A stretch of DNA of 64,000 nt, taken from positions 186,001-250,000 of the IMG/VR virus record IMGVR_UViG_3300024252_000004. The stretch is one strand, 5' to 3'. Below the pieces are notes generated by a model that saw nothing but the letters and a program-made list of their open reading frames with translations, had not been told where the DNA came from and did not search any database. Shown piece after piece: positions 19,950 to 28,607 of this stretch. The position numbers and the translations under genes are program-made. How positions within the stretch are numbered: position 1 is the stretch's first letter; every line of letters starts with the position of its first letter.

Positions 19950-20570
19950 ATGAAGGCTTTTACATTTAGACTCTTTGATGTTCCTGTTCAGGTTCGTTGG
20001 GGATTCCTTGCCATGATGGTGTTCTGTGGGGTCCTCACTAATAGTATTACTATTCCAATTGTGATCGCACTGAGCATTTTGGGTCATGAGTTTTCCCACA
20101 TTCTGATGGGAAGAAGGTTCGGATATCACACTCAAAGAGTTATGTTGTTTTTTCTTGGTGGCGCAGCCATGATGGAAGAGAGGAAAGGCTCTTACAAGGA
20201 ACACTTTTGGATTGCAATTGCAGGTCCACTGTTTAACTTTGTTACTGCGATTCTAGCATTGGTTCCGTACATTCTTTTCTCATTGCCGGATGTTCTAACT
20301 TTTGTGCTCAGTGTAATCTTTGGTATCAATGTCCTCATTGGGGCATTCAATATGATTCCTGCGTACCCACTGGATGGTGGCAGGATTCTTAAGAATGGAT
20401 TGTGTCTCATGGGATGTAAGGAAGATACTGCCACTAATGTGGCGCACGTTGTCGGGCTGCTGTTCGCCATTCTGTTCATCGGTTATGGCTTTGTCAGACT
20501 CGATCCGGGTATGCCAATCATCGGAGGCTTTGTTGCGTACTACATTCTGAGGGAGAGAGACATCTTCTAA
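19950..20570 (+). CDS. site-2 intramembrane metalloprotease (peptidase M50)
   Basis: HEFSH, IAIAGP, FNMIPAYPLDGGRI, multiple TMs. Confidence 0.92.
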   Translation: MKAFTFRLFDVPVQVRWGFLAMMVFCGVLTNSITIPIVIALSILGHEFSHILMGRRFGYHTQRVMLFFLGGAAMMEERKGSYKEHFWIAIAGPLFNFVTAILALVPYILFSLPDVLTFVLSVIFGINVLIGAFNMIPAYPLDGGRILKNGLCLMGCKEDTATNVAHVVGLLFAILFIGYGFVRLDPGMPIIGGFVAYYILRERDIF

Positions 20571-20652
20571 TCAATTTAGAATCGTCGCGAGGGGTTTTCA
20601 CCCCTCACGGGGAGAAAAAGATGGCGTGCTCCAGAGCCGTAATAGATAAAAC

Positions 20653-20680
20653 TTTTCTACATTTCTCCTGAGGTGTTATG
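20653..20680 (+). promoter_or_regulatory. phage promoter motif
   Basis: TTTTCTA-N15-GTTATG. Confidence 0.7.
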
Positions 20681-20766
20681 CTCAAGCATGGGAAGTGATC
20701 GGCCATACTGTCGCGGAAAAAACTTCTGCCAATAGTGTAGATACTTCGACAAAATAACGGCAGAGA

Positions 20767-21162
20767 ATGAAAAGAATAAACAACATTCATTCGTTCGTTG
20801 GAACCGGCGCTTTCCAAACTGGGAAAGAGATGGCTCTTTCGAATGGAGAAGATTTTCATCTGGCGGCATTCCTTAAGCGGAGCAAGTCTCTTATCAGGAT
20901 TGGTGTCAATCGCAATGTCTCTCATGCTCGATTCATTAGGGTTGAGGATGGAGAGGTGTTGTCATTTCTTCATGCTGAAATGGATGCATTGATTGCTGCC
21001 CGTCCTGGCGACACATTGGTTGTCGTTAGATGGACGAAGGGCGGTGAAGTTTCAATGAGTCGTCCTTGCGAACACTGCCAGCGCTTCATTGCGAAGGCTG
21101 GAATCACTCGTGTCATCTATTCTGGATGGAATGGTGACTATTTCTCTGAGAGGTTCATGTGA
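20767..21162 (+). CDS. zinc-dependent cytidine/adenosine deaminase-family protein
   Basis: HAEMDAL and PCEHC motifs. Confidence 0.85.
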   Translation: MKRINNIHSFVGTGAFQTGKEMALSNGEDFHLAAFLKRSKSLIRIGVNRNVSHARFIRVEDGEVLSFLHAEMDALIAARPGDTLVVVRWTKGGEVSMSRPCEHCQRFIAKAGITRVIYSGWNGDYFSERFM

Positions 21163-21800
21163 AAAGAATTGAAATTCTTGGAGACATTCCTCGAAGAGTG
21201 GGTCTTGCATGTTCTGGTGGCGTTGACTCAATGGCGGTTGCTGATTTCCTTATCAAAGGCGGGCGGCAAGTCATTCTGATCAATTTCGATCATGGCACGG
21301 AGTACGGCGGAAGAGCAAGAGAAATGCTCAAGGCGTATTGTGAAGACAAGAATCTTATGAGGGTTTTTCCTAAGACATTCGATCCACCACCCAATGGTGT
21401 ATCTGTCGAAGCTTATTGGCACAAGCTACGGTATGAGTTTTACCGTCACATTGCACAGACAATGAAGCTTGATGCAATCATCACCTGTCATCACTTGGAT
21501 GATCAGGTGGAGACATGGATTATGACAGCAGCGACGGGTAATCCGAGGCTGATTGCTCATAGCAACAACGAGACCAAGGTAATTAGACCCTTTCTTTTGA
21601 CGAGGAAGAGTGTCTTTGAATCGTGGTGTGAAAGAAAGGGGGTTCCTTACCTTGAGGATCCTTCTAACGAAGATACGAAGTACACTCGCAACCTTGTGAG
21701 GCACGAAGTTGTGCCAGCTATGCTGAAGGTTAACCCTGGAATGCATAAGGTTATTGCGAGAAAGGTTAGGGCTGCGTATGATAAACGTAGCGAGCGGTAG
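21159..21800 (+). CDS. tilS: tRNA(Ile)-lysidine synthetase (catalytic domain only)
   Basis: SGGVDS PP-loop, HHLDDQVET, IRPFL, EDPSNEDTKYTRNLVR; adjacent to tRNA(CAU). Confidence 0.9.
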   Translation: MKRIEILGDIPRRVGLACSGGVDSMAVADFLIKGGRQVILINFDHGTEYGGRAREMLKAYCEDKNLMRVFPKTFDPPPNGVSVEAYWHKLRYEFYRHIAQTMKLDAIITCHHLDDQVETWIMTAATGNPRLIAHSNNETKVIRPFLLTRKSVFESWCERKGVPYLEDPSNEDTKYTRNLVRHEVVPAMLKVNPGMHKVIARKVRAAYDKRSER

Positions 21801-21862
21801 ATAAAAATAGTTTAAAAAGAATTGATGGACCATAGCTCAATTGGTTAGAGCAGCAGTCTCAT

Positions 21863-22637
21863 CTGAACCTTGATTTTCGGTTCAAATCTGAGTACAATTT
21901 CCTTACGGAGATTTGTATAATGATTGTGGTCAAGGTAAAGCCAGTCAGAATTCTGAATGGTTATCGTGTAATCTATAATCCTGAATACCACAGGGCCATG
22001 TCCAGTAATAATTGGAGTGGTTATGTTTATGAACATATTGTAGTTGCAGAAGAAATGATAGGCAGAAATTTGAGAGAGGAAGAGGTCGTTCATCATTTAG
22101 ATGGTGATCGTTCTAACAATCGAATAGAAAATCTGCTTGTACTTTCTAATGCTATGCACGCTAAGCTTCATGGTTGGCTTGAAAATGGTGGCGTATTTAA
22201 GGAGACTGAATACGTTAAGAGGGTGAATTCAGAGAAATCTAAGGAAGTAAGAACAATCAATAGGTTTTGCAAAGTCTGCAAAAAAACATTGCAGGCTAAA
22301 GAGAAACTTTATTGCTCAAACAAATGTCGAGGCATCGGAACTCGTAAGGTTGAAAGACCTTCGAGTGAAGAGTTAGCAAAAGACATTGAGAGTATGAGTT
22401 GGCTCGCCATTGGAAGAAAGTATGGTGTTAGCGATAACGCTGTAAGAAAATGGGCAAGGTCTTTTGAGCTTCTATGACAATTCTGAGCCAAGCCAGTCAG
22501 GCGTGACTGGAAGGTGCAACGACTAGTTGGTGTCAGACGAACTTCTGACGTAATACAACATTAGCGCCCTCCACCCTAACGTGTAATGACGAGGGTGATG
22601 ATATAGTCTGCGGAGTTAGGAAACTAACACAAACGGG
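21863..22637 (+). mobile_element. group I intron in tRNA anticodon loop (after CAU), carrying an HNH homing endonuclease
   Basis: 5' exon ends in U, intron ends in G; core motifs AATTCTGAGCCAAG, GGTGCAACGACTAG, GATATAGTC; P3 GAGGGTG/CGCCCTC. Confidence 0.88.
21920..22477 (+). CDS. intron-encoded HNH homing endonuclease with Zn finger and HTH tail
   Basis: YEHIVVAE...VHHLDGDRSNNRIENL...H; CKVC...YCSNKC; IGRKYGVSDNAVRKW. Confidence 0.9.
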   Translation: MIVVKVKPVRILNGYRVIYNPEYHRAMSSNNWSGYVYEHIVVAEEMIGRNLREEEVVHHLDGDRSNNRIENLLVLSNAMHAKLHGWLENGGVFKETEYVKRVNSEKSKEVRTINRFCKVCKKTLQAKEKLYCSNKCRGIGTRKVERPSSEELAKDIESMSWLAIGRKYGVSDNAVRKWARSFELL

Positions 22638-22697
22638 AAACTGCGGGTTGTGGGTTCAAGTCCCACTGGTCCTACCATTTAAAACGGAGTAAGTTCA

Positions 22698-22937
22698 ATG
22701 AGAGTTACAGAAGCACCAGTTGGTGAGATAGACTTTGATTGGACCAACTTCTCTAATGTTTCTATCAAAAGAAGGTTGCCACATTCTTTTTTGCTTAAGT
22801 GTGTTCAAGCACATGAGAGTGGAGAAAGCTATGTCGATCACCTGACGGATGGAGGCAACAGAATTGTAGGAAGATTGACCCCTGAAGGTCATATCGACTA
22901 CATTATTAATCCAGAAGAACACATGGTAAAGGAATAA
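22698..22937 (+). CDS. hypothetical protein
   Basis: GGAG RBS. Confidence 0.55.
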   Translation: MRVTEAPVGEIDFDWTNFSNVSIKRRLPHSFLLKCVQAHESGESYVDHLTDGGNRIVGRLTPEGHIDYIINPEEHMVKE

Positions 22938-23131
22938 GATGTTTAGCGGTAAGACTCAAAGGACTCTTGAGGCTATCATTTGGTTCATGATAGTAGGTGT
23001 ACTTGCATTTATCCTTGTCACGCAGGTCAAAGCCTGCGTCACCTGTGACGATGTGCTTGTAAAGACCATGTGGAATACCTACGCTTGCGTTGACGAATCT
23101 GCTCTAAAGTAGATAAGGGTAAGGAAATCAG

Positions 23132-24646
23132 ATGAAGATTATGAATGCACGGTTTGGTTTCGCTACCAATAGCAGCAGCACGCACAGTGTGATCGTACTA
23201 CCTGAAGGCACACCTATGCCTGCCACAGACGAGTGGGAGAGTTTTGGGTGGCAATACTTCACTGCCGCTGACGAGGAGTCTAAGCGTAAGTATGCAATGC
23301 TTACTATTCAGAGCACAATCCGTAGGGTGCTGAGTAAATCCGGTCTATTTAACTGGCAGGACAAAGGTGATATGTCATCTTACCTGATGAATGCATGGTT
23401 TGATGCAGGTATAGACCTTGAGAACTATGACCGCTATACGAACATGGAAGGTAGCATTGACCACCAGTCTTTGACTGGTTTGCCGATGCGTTGGGACGGA
23501 AAGATGATTGACATTCCATTCGCTAAGGCGTTCATGGATGCAATGGTCAACTCCAATGTTATTATCCTTGGTGGTAATGACAATGATGATCGTACCCATC
23601 CCCTTTCTTATTCGGGAGAGGCTTGGGATCTTATCGAGAAAGCGAATCTGCCCCTTGATGGCCTTTCTTCAAACGTTGTTAGGTTCGATGCAGAATACAA
23701 CTACTGGACCTCATTCAATAGAAGTAATGGGGCCAAGCTAAGGTTCCGTATCTCTGGCGATGAGCCTATTGAGAAGTCTTCATACCCTGAGCTTGTAGAC
23801 ATTAAGATTACGGATATGTGTCCGTATGCGTGTGCGTTCTGTTACATGGGCAGTACGAGTTCTGGCCTTCATGCGAAGGCAGAGACCGTCAATGCTTTCA
23901 TCAGAGAGCTTTCGAGTAAGAATGTTTTTGAGATTGCCATTGGTGGCGGAGAGCCAACGATGCATCCGTACTTCGTTTCGATTCTGAAGTATGCAAGACT
24001 CAATAACATTGTTCCGAATTTTACCACGAAGAATCTTTCGTGGCTCAGAGATCCTACTCAGTGGGTAGATATCATTCGGGAGTGTGGAGCATTCGCTTAC
24101 TCTGCGGACTCTAAGAAGGACGTAGTAAATCTTGTGAGCCTGCTTGATACCAATGGTATCTCTCGTAGCAAGGCGACCATCCAGATTATTCCAGAAGTCC
24201 TAAGTACGTGGGCTCTTGACGGCATCCTTCGTGAGGCCGGGAGTTATGGTATGACTGTGACTCTTCTTGGTTATAAGACAACCGGAAGAGGTGCAGAGTA
24301 TGCCGAGAACAAGCTTGACACCGACTGGCTGAGTGTCGTGACAGAGATTCAAGAAGAGGGTTCGAAGCTTCCGAGGATTGGTATTGATACTATCCTTGCA
24401 GCAAGCACAGACCTATCGGATTTTGATCCTAAGCTTTACACTCTTGAGGAGGGTAAGTTCAGCATGTATATTGATGCCGTAGGTGTCAAGGCTGGTCCGA
24501 GTTCCTTTGCGAATGAGGATGAGTTTGTTAGTCTTGGTGAGAAGCCAAGATACGCTGGATATCCAAAGCCTGGATACGTTACAGAGCTTAAGCTCCCCCA
24601 TAATGATTGGAATGATTCACTCTGGGAAGCGTTTCGTTCCTACTAG
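23132..24646 (+). CDS. radical SAM protein with N-terminal GFATNSSS domain
   Basis: CPYACAFC, GGGEP motifs. Confidence 0.88.
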   Translation: MKIMNARFGFATNSSSTHSVIVLPEGTPMPATDEWESFGWQYFTAADEESKRKYAMLTIQSTIRRVLSKSGLFNWQDKGDMSSYLMNAWFDAGIDLENYDRYTNMEGSIDHQSLTGLPMRWDGKMIDIPFAKAFMDAMVNSNVIILGGNDNDDRTHPLSYSGEAWDLIEKANLPLDGLSSNVVRFDAEYNYWTSFNRSNGAKLRFRISGDEPIEKSSYPELVDIKITDMCPYACAFCYMGSTSSGLHAKAETVNAFIRELSSKNVFEIAIGGGEPTMHPYFVSILKYARLNNIVPNFTTKNLSWLRDPTQWVDIIRECGAFAYSADSKKDVVNLVSLLDTNGISRSKATIQIIPEVLSTWALDGILREAGSYGMTVTLLGYKTTGRGAEYAENKLDTDWLSVVTEIQEEGSKLPRIGIDTILAASTDLSDFDPKLYTLEEGKFSMYIDAVGVKAGPSSFANEDEFVSLGEKPRYAGYPKPGYVTELKLPHNDWNDSLWEAFRSY

Positions 24647-24862
24647 GAGAGAAATATGTGTAAGAGTAATGAAGAGTGCGAGCACAAGAAGGTTCATCCT
24701 TTGAGTAAGCTTATCTACTCCAACTTTGTTCTGACCAGATTTACCGCTGCCGGCGGAGGAGTGTTTGCATTCGCGCACTCTTGTCTGCACATCGTCATGC
24801 ATGGATTTGGTTTTCCCTGTCCATAAGGGGCTCCTTCGGTTCTGCGGCGCGATACTTCAAAT

Positions 24863-24890
24863 TTTTCTAAATTTCCTGTAGGACGTTATA
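24863..24890 (+). promoter_or_regulatory. phage promoter motif upstream of the ncRNA cluster
   Basis: TTTTCTA-N15-GTTATA. Confidence 0.8.
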
Positions 24891-24924
24891 TTCTACCATC
24901 GATGGAGAAAAAACGGAAGCGCAT

Positions 24925-24953
24925 TTGACTTTCAACAAAAACCTTCGTATAAC
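24925..24953 (+). promoter_or_regulatory. sigma70-like promoter for the ncRNA cluster
   Basis: TTGACT-17 nt-TATAAC. Confidence 0.7.
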
Positions 24954-24990
24954 AACAGCACGAGGGTAGTTAATACCTTCCAAAAATTCC

Positions 24991-25127
24991 GGGGCTGTGG
25001 AGAAATTCGCAATTCAGTTTGAAGCCTCGCTCCTTACGTGGAGCAACCCACAGCAAACTCACAAGCATAGTAACTCGTTTACCTGAAAAGTAGAAGATTG
25101 TTGGTGCAAATCCAGCCGGCCCCACCG
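24991..25127 (+). ncRNA. chimeric tRNA-like RNA A: GAA-anticodon scaffold with module inserted in the D loop
   Basis: GGGGCTG/CGGCCCC acceptor; TTTAC-CTGAAAA-GTAGA; ~60-nt D-loop insert AGTTTG-aagCCTC-GCTCC/GGAGC-CAAACT-CACAAGCA. Confidence 0.75.
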
Positions 25128-25150
25128 AACACATTTTAAATAAGTATTAA

Positions 25151-25221
25151 CGAAAGGCAGCACGGAGAAGGTGCGGCCCTTACTGGGACGGTCGTTGGTT
25201 AAAGTCCAACCCTTTCGACCA
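25151..25221 (+). ncRNA. degenerate tRNA-like RNA with shortened anticodon arm
   Basis: CGAAAGG/CCTTTCG-ACCA, D stem GCAC/GTGC, CCC-TTACT-GGG, T arm GTTGG/CCAAC. Confidence 0.7.
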
Positions 25222-25236
25222 TACTTAGAATTAGTT

Positions 25237-25370
25237 TATCTGTTCATCATCACAAAGCTTACAAGCATAGATAGATCAATTGGTTAGATCATCGGACTAT
25301 TAATCCGAAGGCTGCGGGTTCAATCCCCGTTCCTTGCAACAAAAACCCAGCTTTGTACCTCGAACAGATA
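25237..25370 (+). ncRNA. chimeric tRNA-like RNA B (Y RNA-like): module replaces the acceptor stem
   Basis: TATCTGTTC/GAACAGATA and ACAAAGCT/AGCTTTGT stems with ATCATC/ACCTC loop, TACAAGCA, then full D, anticodon (ATT) and T arms. Confidence 0.78.
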
Positions 25371-25378
25371 CCCCTTCT

Positions 25379-25451
25379 GCCCTTATAGTGTCAAGTTAAC
25401 ACGCCGGCCAAATAAACCGGAACTAGAGTATCGAATCTCTTGAGGGCACCA
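25379..25451 (+). ncRNA. degenerate tRNA-like RNA
   Basis: GCCCTTA/TGAGGGC-ACCA; CCGG/CCGG stem with non-canonical loop (no U33); atypical T loop. Confidence 0.68.
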
Positions 25452-25459
25452 CATAACAT

Positions 25460-25553
25460 ATGTTTCTGAGCCTGGATGGCACCCCTAATAGGGGAAGAGA
25501 GGTTCGTTTCCTCTGCGGGACAAAAGCCGGTTCGAAGCCGGACAGAAACATCA
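25460..25553 (+). ncRNA. tRNA-like RNA with two T arms
   Basis: ATGTTTCTG/CAGAAACAT closing stem; GCC/GGC, CCCCT/AGGGG, AGAGG-TTCGTTT-CCTCT and CCGG-TTCGAAG-CCGG arms. Confidence 0.6.
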
Positions 25554-25606
25554 CTACATTTTATGCCGGATGATCCCTCGTTAAATCGCGGGGCCGGCTC
25601 CCATTT

Positions 25607-25729
25607 TCCCCGTCCAATCATTTCAATCTTACAAGCATAGCTCACTTGGTAGAGCATTAGAATTGAGATCTAAAGGTTGCAGGTTCGATCCCTGCTGCAA
25701 ACAAAACAGATTGATCCCTCGGACGGGGA
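25607..25729 (+). ncRNA. chimeric tRNA-like RNA C (Y RNA-like): module replaces the acceptor stem
   Basis: TCCCCGTCC/GGACGGGGA and TCAATCT/AGATTGA stems with AATCATT/TCCCTC loop, TACAAGCA, then D, anticodon and T arms. Confidence 0.78.
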
Positions 25730-25856
25730 GCCCTTTCATCATGGTGTTCCATGATGTAAAATGAAGCGAACATCTTTGCGTAGGCTCAATAACCGTTTGA
25801 TGCATTGAATGTTGAAAAGTGCTCCAGTCACCAGATAATCATAGGGTGACGCACAT

Positions 25857-26015
25857 GCCGAAGTGGCGTAATTGGTAAACGCAACAGTATATGGAACTGT
25901 CTTTAAAAAGTCACCAGCTTTAAACCTCGACCCGTTAGAAATAATTGGTCAACACTTCAAGCTTACAAGCAGCCTTCGGGCAAAAATGTTGGTTCGAGTC
26001 CAACCTTCGGCACCA
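25857..26015 (+). ncRNA. chimeric tRNA-like RNA D: module inserted in the variable arm
   Basis: GCCGAAG/CTTCGGC-ACCA, Leu-type D arm, ACAGT-ATATGGA-ACTGT, insert AGCTT-aaaCCTC-GACC/GGTC-AAGCT-TACAAGCA, canonical T arm. Confidence 0.78.
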
Positions 26016-26038
26016 TATAACTCCGCTCAAAACAATAG

Positions 26039-26079
26039 ATTGATCCTGCAAGTCACACAAACTGATTTGCAGGATCAAT
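26039..26079. terminator. long hairpin ending the ncRNA cluster
   Basis: ATTGATCCTGCAAGTCA/TGATTTGCAGGATCAAT. Confidence 0.55.
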
Positions 26080-26114
26080 TCATTTATGTATAGACCCTTT
26101 GCTAAGAGGCAGAT

Positions 26115-26399
26115 ATGTACGACGGTACTGATAAGCGTAGCCATAAACAGTATGGGCACCCAACCCTTGATGAGTCAAAGATTTTCAAGTGGTTTGGTTT
26201 TGATAATCCTCATTTTCCAGACTTCTACCTTTACAGTAACTCTACTGGAACAGTAGGCATTTGGATGCATGATGGTTCTCCGATAATTGAAGGTTCCGCT
26301 AAGTGTCTTGGTTCAATCTACACTCGTCTTGCGCCAATTGAGCGAATTCTTTTTATGGAAGAGTATGATGCTATGGCCGCATTGTTTGGAGTCAGCTAA
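26115..26399 (+). CDS. hypothetical protein (CxG...L..EE family)
   Basis: GAGG RBS; C-terminal motif shared with 26399, 43779, 47406. Confidence 0.6.
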   Translation: MYDGTDKRSHKQYGHPTLDESKIFKWFGFDNPHFPDFYLYSNSTGTVGIWMHDGSPIIEGSAKCLGSIYTRLAPIERILFMEEYDAMAALFGVS

Positions 26400-26710
26400 T
26401 GCTTGGTGAATTCAAAGAGTATCACAACATTCACGGAAACCCCGTATTGGATGCCTGCAATACATTTGAATATTGCTACGCATATATCTATCGGGTTAGC
26501 AATTTTTACGGTTACGCAAACAAGGGACGAACAGTATCTTTTTGGATGACCAATAGTGGTGCTAATGGAGAGCTAAGGGTATCTTTTAGCTCGCAGAGCG
26601 GCACCTGTATCGGAAACGTTTTTGCGTCCCTTAGCAAGGAAGAGCAAGAGTCTCTTCTTGCAGAAATTGATACTCTCGGAAAGGAATTTGAGTTTTTCCG
26701 ACAGGAATAG
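26399..26710 (+). CDS. hypothetical protein (CxG...L..EE family)
   Basis: coupled to the previous ORF. Confidence 0.6.
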   Translation: MLGEFKEYHNIHGNPVLDACNTFEYCYAYIYRVSNFYGYANKGRTVSFWMTNSGANGELRVSFSSQSGTCIGNVFASLSKEEQESLLAEIDTLGKEFEFFRQE

Positions 26711-26719
26711 GAGGTCCAA

Positions 26720-28600
26720 ATGACCAATACAAATACAGAAAGAGTTGAGTCTCTCGGTCCAGCCGAGACGATCATCAGTGCTCTTATCAAAGCTACAGAC
26801 CACATGGTCCACAACCGTCCCGGCATTGTTGTTTCAGACAATAGCAACGTTGTGGGCACAAAGTGGTATCCTGTTACTCACAAGAGTGAGGAAGGACAGG
26901 ATGTTGTCTACAGGCTTGATAAGGTTGGGGCCAAGAGTGTCCGCACCAGAATTGGTATTCGTGGTGAAGATGGTATCGTCCGTAGCAACGGTCGTGTCGT
27001 CGGTGAGTACCGTAAGCCTGGAATCTACAAGGAAGTTGCATCTTTCCTTTACAGGCAGGTCGCTAATGTTTGGGACATGGACAATGAGTTTGTAGCTCGT
27101 TGGGCATCTTGGTCTATGAATCAGGAGTACCGTGATCTCAAGGTTGTTCTTGCTGCATTCTCTATGGTTCAGAACCGTATGGGTGCCCCAATCAGAGAGG
27201 GTGGAGAAATCCTATTCTATGATGATGATTACCGTGATGTTGGTGAGGCCATGTGTCTCGTCAGGAGTAAGGGTAAAGACATTGATGCTAAGCTGCTGAT
27301 CCGTATTGGTGATGTTCTCCGTCAGGATGATATCGCTGCAATGAATCGTGAGCTTGGTTTCGGTATCTCTACTCGTAGACCTGCGATGGGAAGGTACAAT
27401 AAGGTTGTTGAGAAGTGGCTGCGTTACCGCGAGAATAACCCTCGTATGCTCGCCGGCCTTATCAAGTCTGGTCAGAGGAAGATGATCATGACTCTCGCTA
27501 AGAGAGTCGGATACAAGCCTCAGACTGAGGATTTCTTCAAGGTTCTTAGGTGGAAGCAGAAGCAGTCAGAAGATGGTCGCCGTACTATGATGATTGGTGT
27601 GGAGGTTTCCGAGGCAGAGTCTTGGGTGAACCTTACTGAGCGTCAGATTTGCGAGAAGATTATGTCTGACAAGCCGAACTTCAAGCGGATCACTGGTCTG
27701 CTTGGGACGACTACAGTTGGGCTTACTCGTGCGATTATGGCTGCGGCTATTGATGGCGGGTGTCTATCTGATGCTGACCTAATCATTCTCACTCCTACTC
27801 TTGAAGAGCTTGGACTCTTGAAGGTTGCGGCTATTAAGCAGAGGTGGGAGACTGCCACACTTAATGCTACAAACCAGAGAGCAATGAACATTGCTCGTAA
27901 TGTCAAGAGCAGAGAGACTGCTGATGTCTTGAAGGCTGGTGCTGACGCTGCTGTTCAGAAGGCAGTGGAGGAGAAGGTTGCTAACCTTCGTCTCTATGTC
28001 ATTGTCGATAAGTCTGCATCTATGGATGGAGCAATCGAGAAGGCGAAGCAGTATCTTTCCATGTTCATTCATGGCTTCCCACTGGATAAGATCCATGTTT
28101 CTATCTTCAACACTGTAGGTAGAGAGCTTAGGATTAGAAACAGGTCGAGTGCCGGAGTTACTCAGGCATTCATGGGTCACAGTGCGAGCGGTGGAACTAA
28201 CTATGCTGCCGGTGTTTCTGCGCTGGCGAATAGAAAGCCTGCTGCTGACGAAGATGCTATCATGCTTTTCGTTGGAGATCAGGACCCTCATGCATCTGGT
28301 GGTGTCCGTAGTAACTTCGCAAGTGTTGTCAGAGCTTCTGGCATTAACCCCGTCTCCTTCGCTCTCATTGAGGTAGGCAGAAGGCAGGGGCGCTGTGTCG
28401 ATACAACGGCTACTGCTCTTGGCATTCCATGTGTCAGGATTCAGGAGGACACTTTTCAGGATCCTTACGCAGTTCAGAGAGTGTTTACTCACTTGATTGA
28501 GTCTGCGCCTATCGGAGCTTCTAGTGCGAGAGCACCAAGGAAGACTTTGATTGATACGATCTTGGAGACAGAGCTTCTTGCTAAGCCGGCTTGGGCGTAA
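26720..28600 (+). CDS. vWA-domain protein with large basic helical N-terminal region; Ro60/TROVE-like candidate
   Basis: MIDAS VIVDKSASM, GGTNY, LFVGD in the C-terminal third (vWA is secure); TROVE assignment inferred from architecture and flanking tRNA-like RNAs. Confidence 0.7.
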   Translation: MTNTNTERVESLGPAETIISALIKATDHMVHNRPGIVVSDNSNVVGTKWYPVTHKSEEGQDVVYRLDKVGAKSVRTRIGIRGEDGIVRSNGRVVGEYRKPGIYKEVASFLYRQVANVWDMDNEFVARWASWSMNQEYRDLKVVLAAFSMVQNRMGAPIREGGEILFYDDDYRDVGEAMCLVRSKGKDIDAKLLIRIGDVLRQDDIAAMNRELGFGISTRRPAMGRYNKVVEKWLRYRENNPRMLAGLIKSGQRKMIMTLAKRVGYKPQTEDFFKVLRWKQKQSEDGRRTMMIGVEVSEAESWVNLTERQICEKIMSDKPNFKRITGLLGTTTVGLTRAIMAAAIDGGCLSDADLIILTPTLEELGLLKVAAIKQRWETATLNATNQRAMNIARNVKSRETADVLKAGADAAVQKAVEEKVANLRLYVIVDKSASMDGAIEKAKQYLSMFIHGFPLDKIHVSIFNTVGRELRIRNRSSAGVTQAFMGHSASGGTNYAAGVSALANRKPAADEDAIMLFVGDQDPHASGGVRSNFASVVRASGINPVSFALIEVGRRQGRCVDTTATALGIPCVRIQEDTFQDPYAVQRVFTHLIESAPIGASSARAPRKTLIDTILETELLAKPAWA

Positions 28601-28607
28601 AAATTTA

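Larger units (their letters stand above)
21826..22677 (+). tRNA. tRNA(CAU), probably Ile2; exons 21826-21862 and 22638-22677
   Basis: joined exons give GCAGT-CTCATAA-ACTGC anticodon arm, GGACCA/TGGTCC acceptor, T arm and ACCA. Confidence 0.88.

Noticed and set aside
25565-25603. Minihelix GCCGG/CCGGC-TCCCA
   Set aside because: Too short and imperfect to call separately from flanking structure.
24991-26015. Inserts in RNAs A and D as group I/II or BHB introns
   Set aside because: Too short for ribozyme cores, no bulge-helix-bulge, and the same module appears at the termini of B and C; not excluded without RT-PCR.
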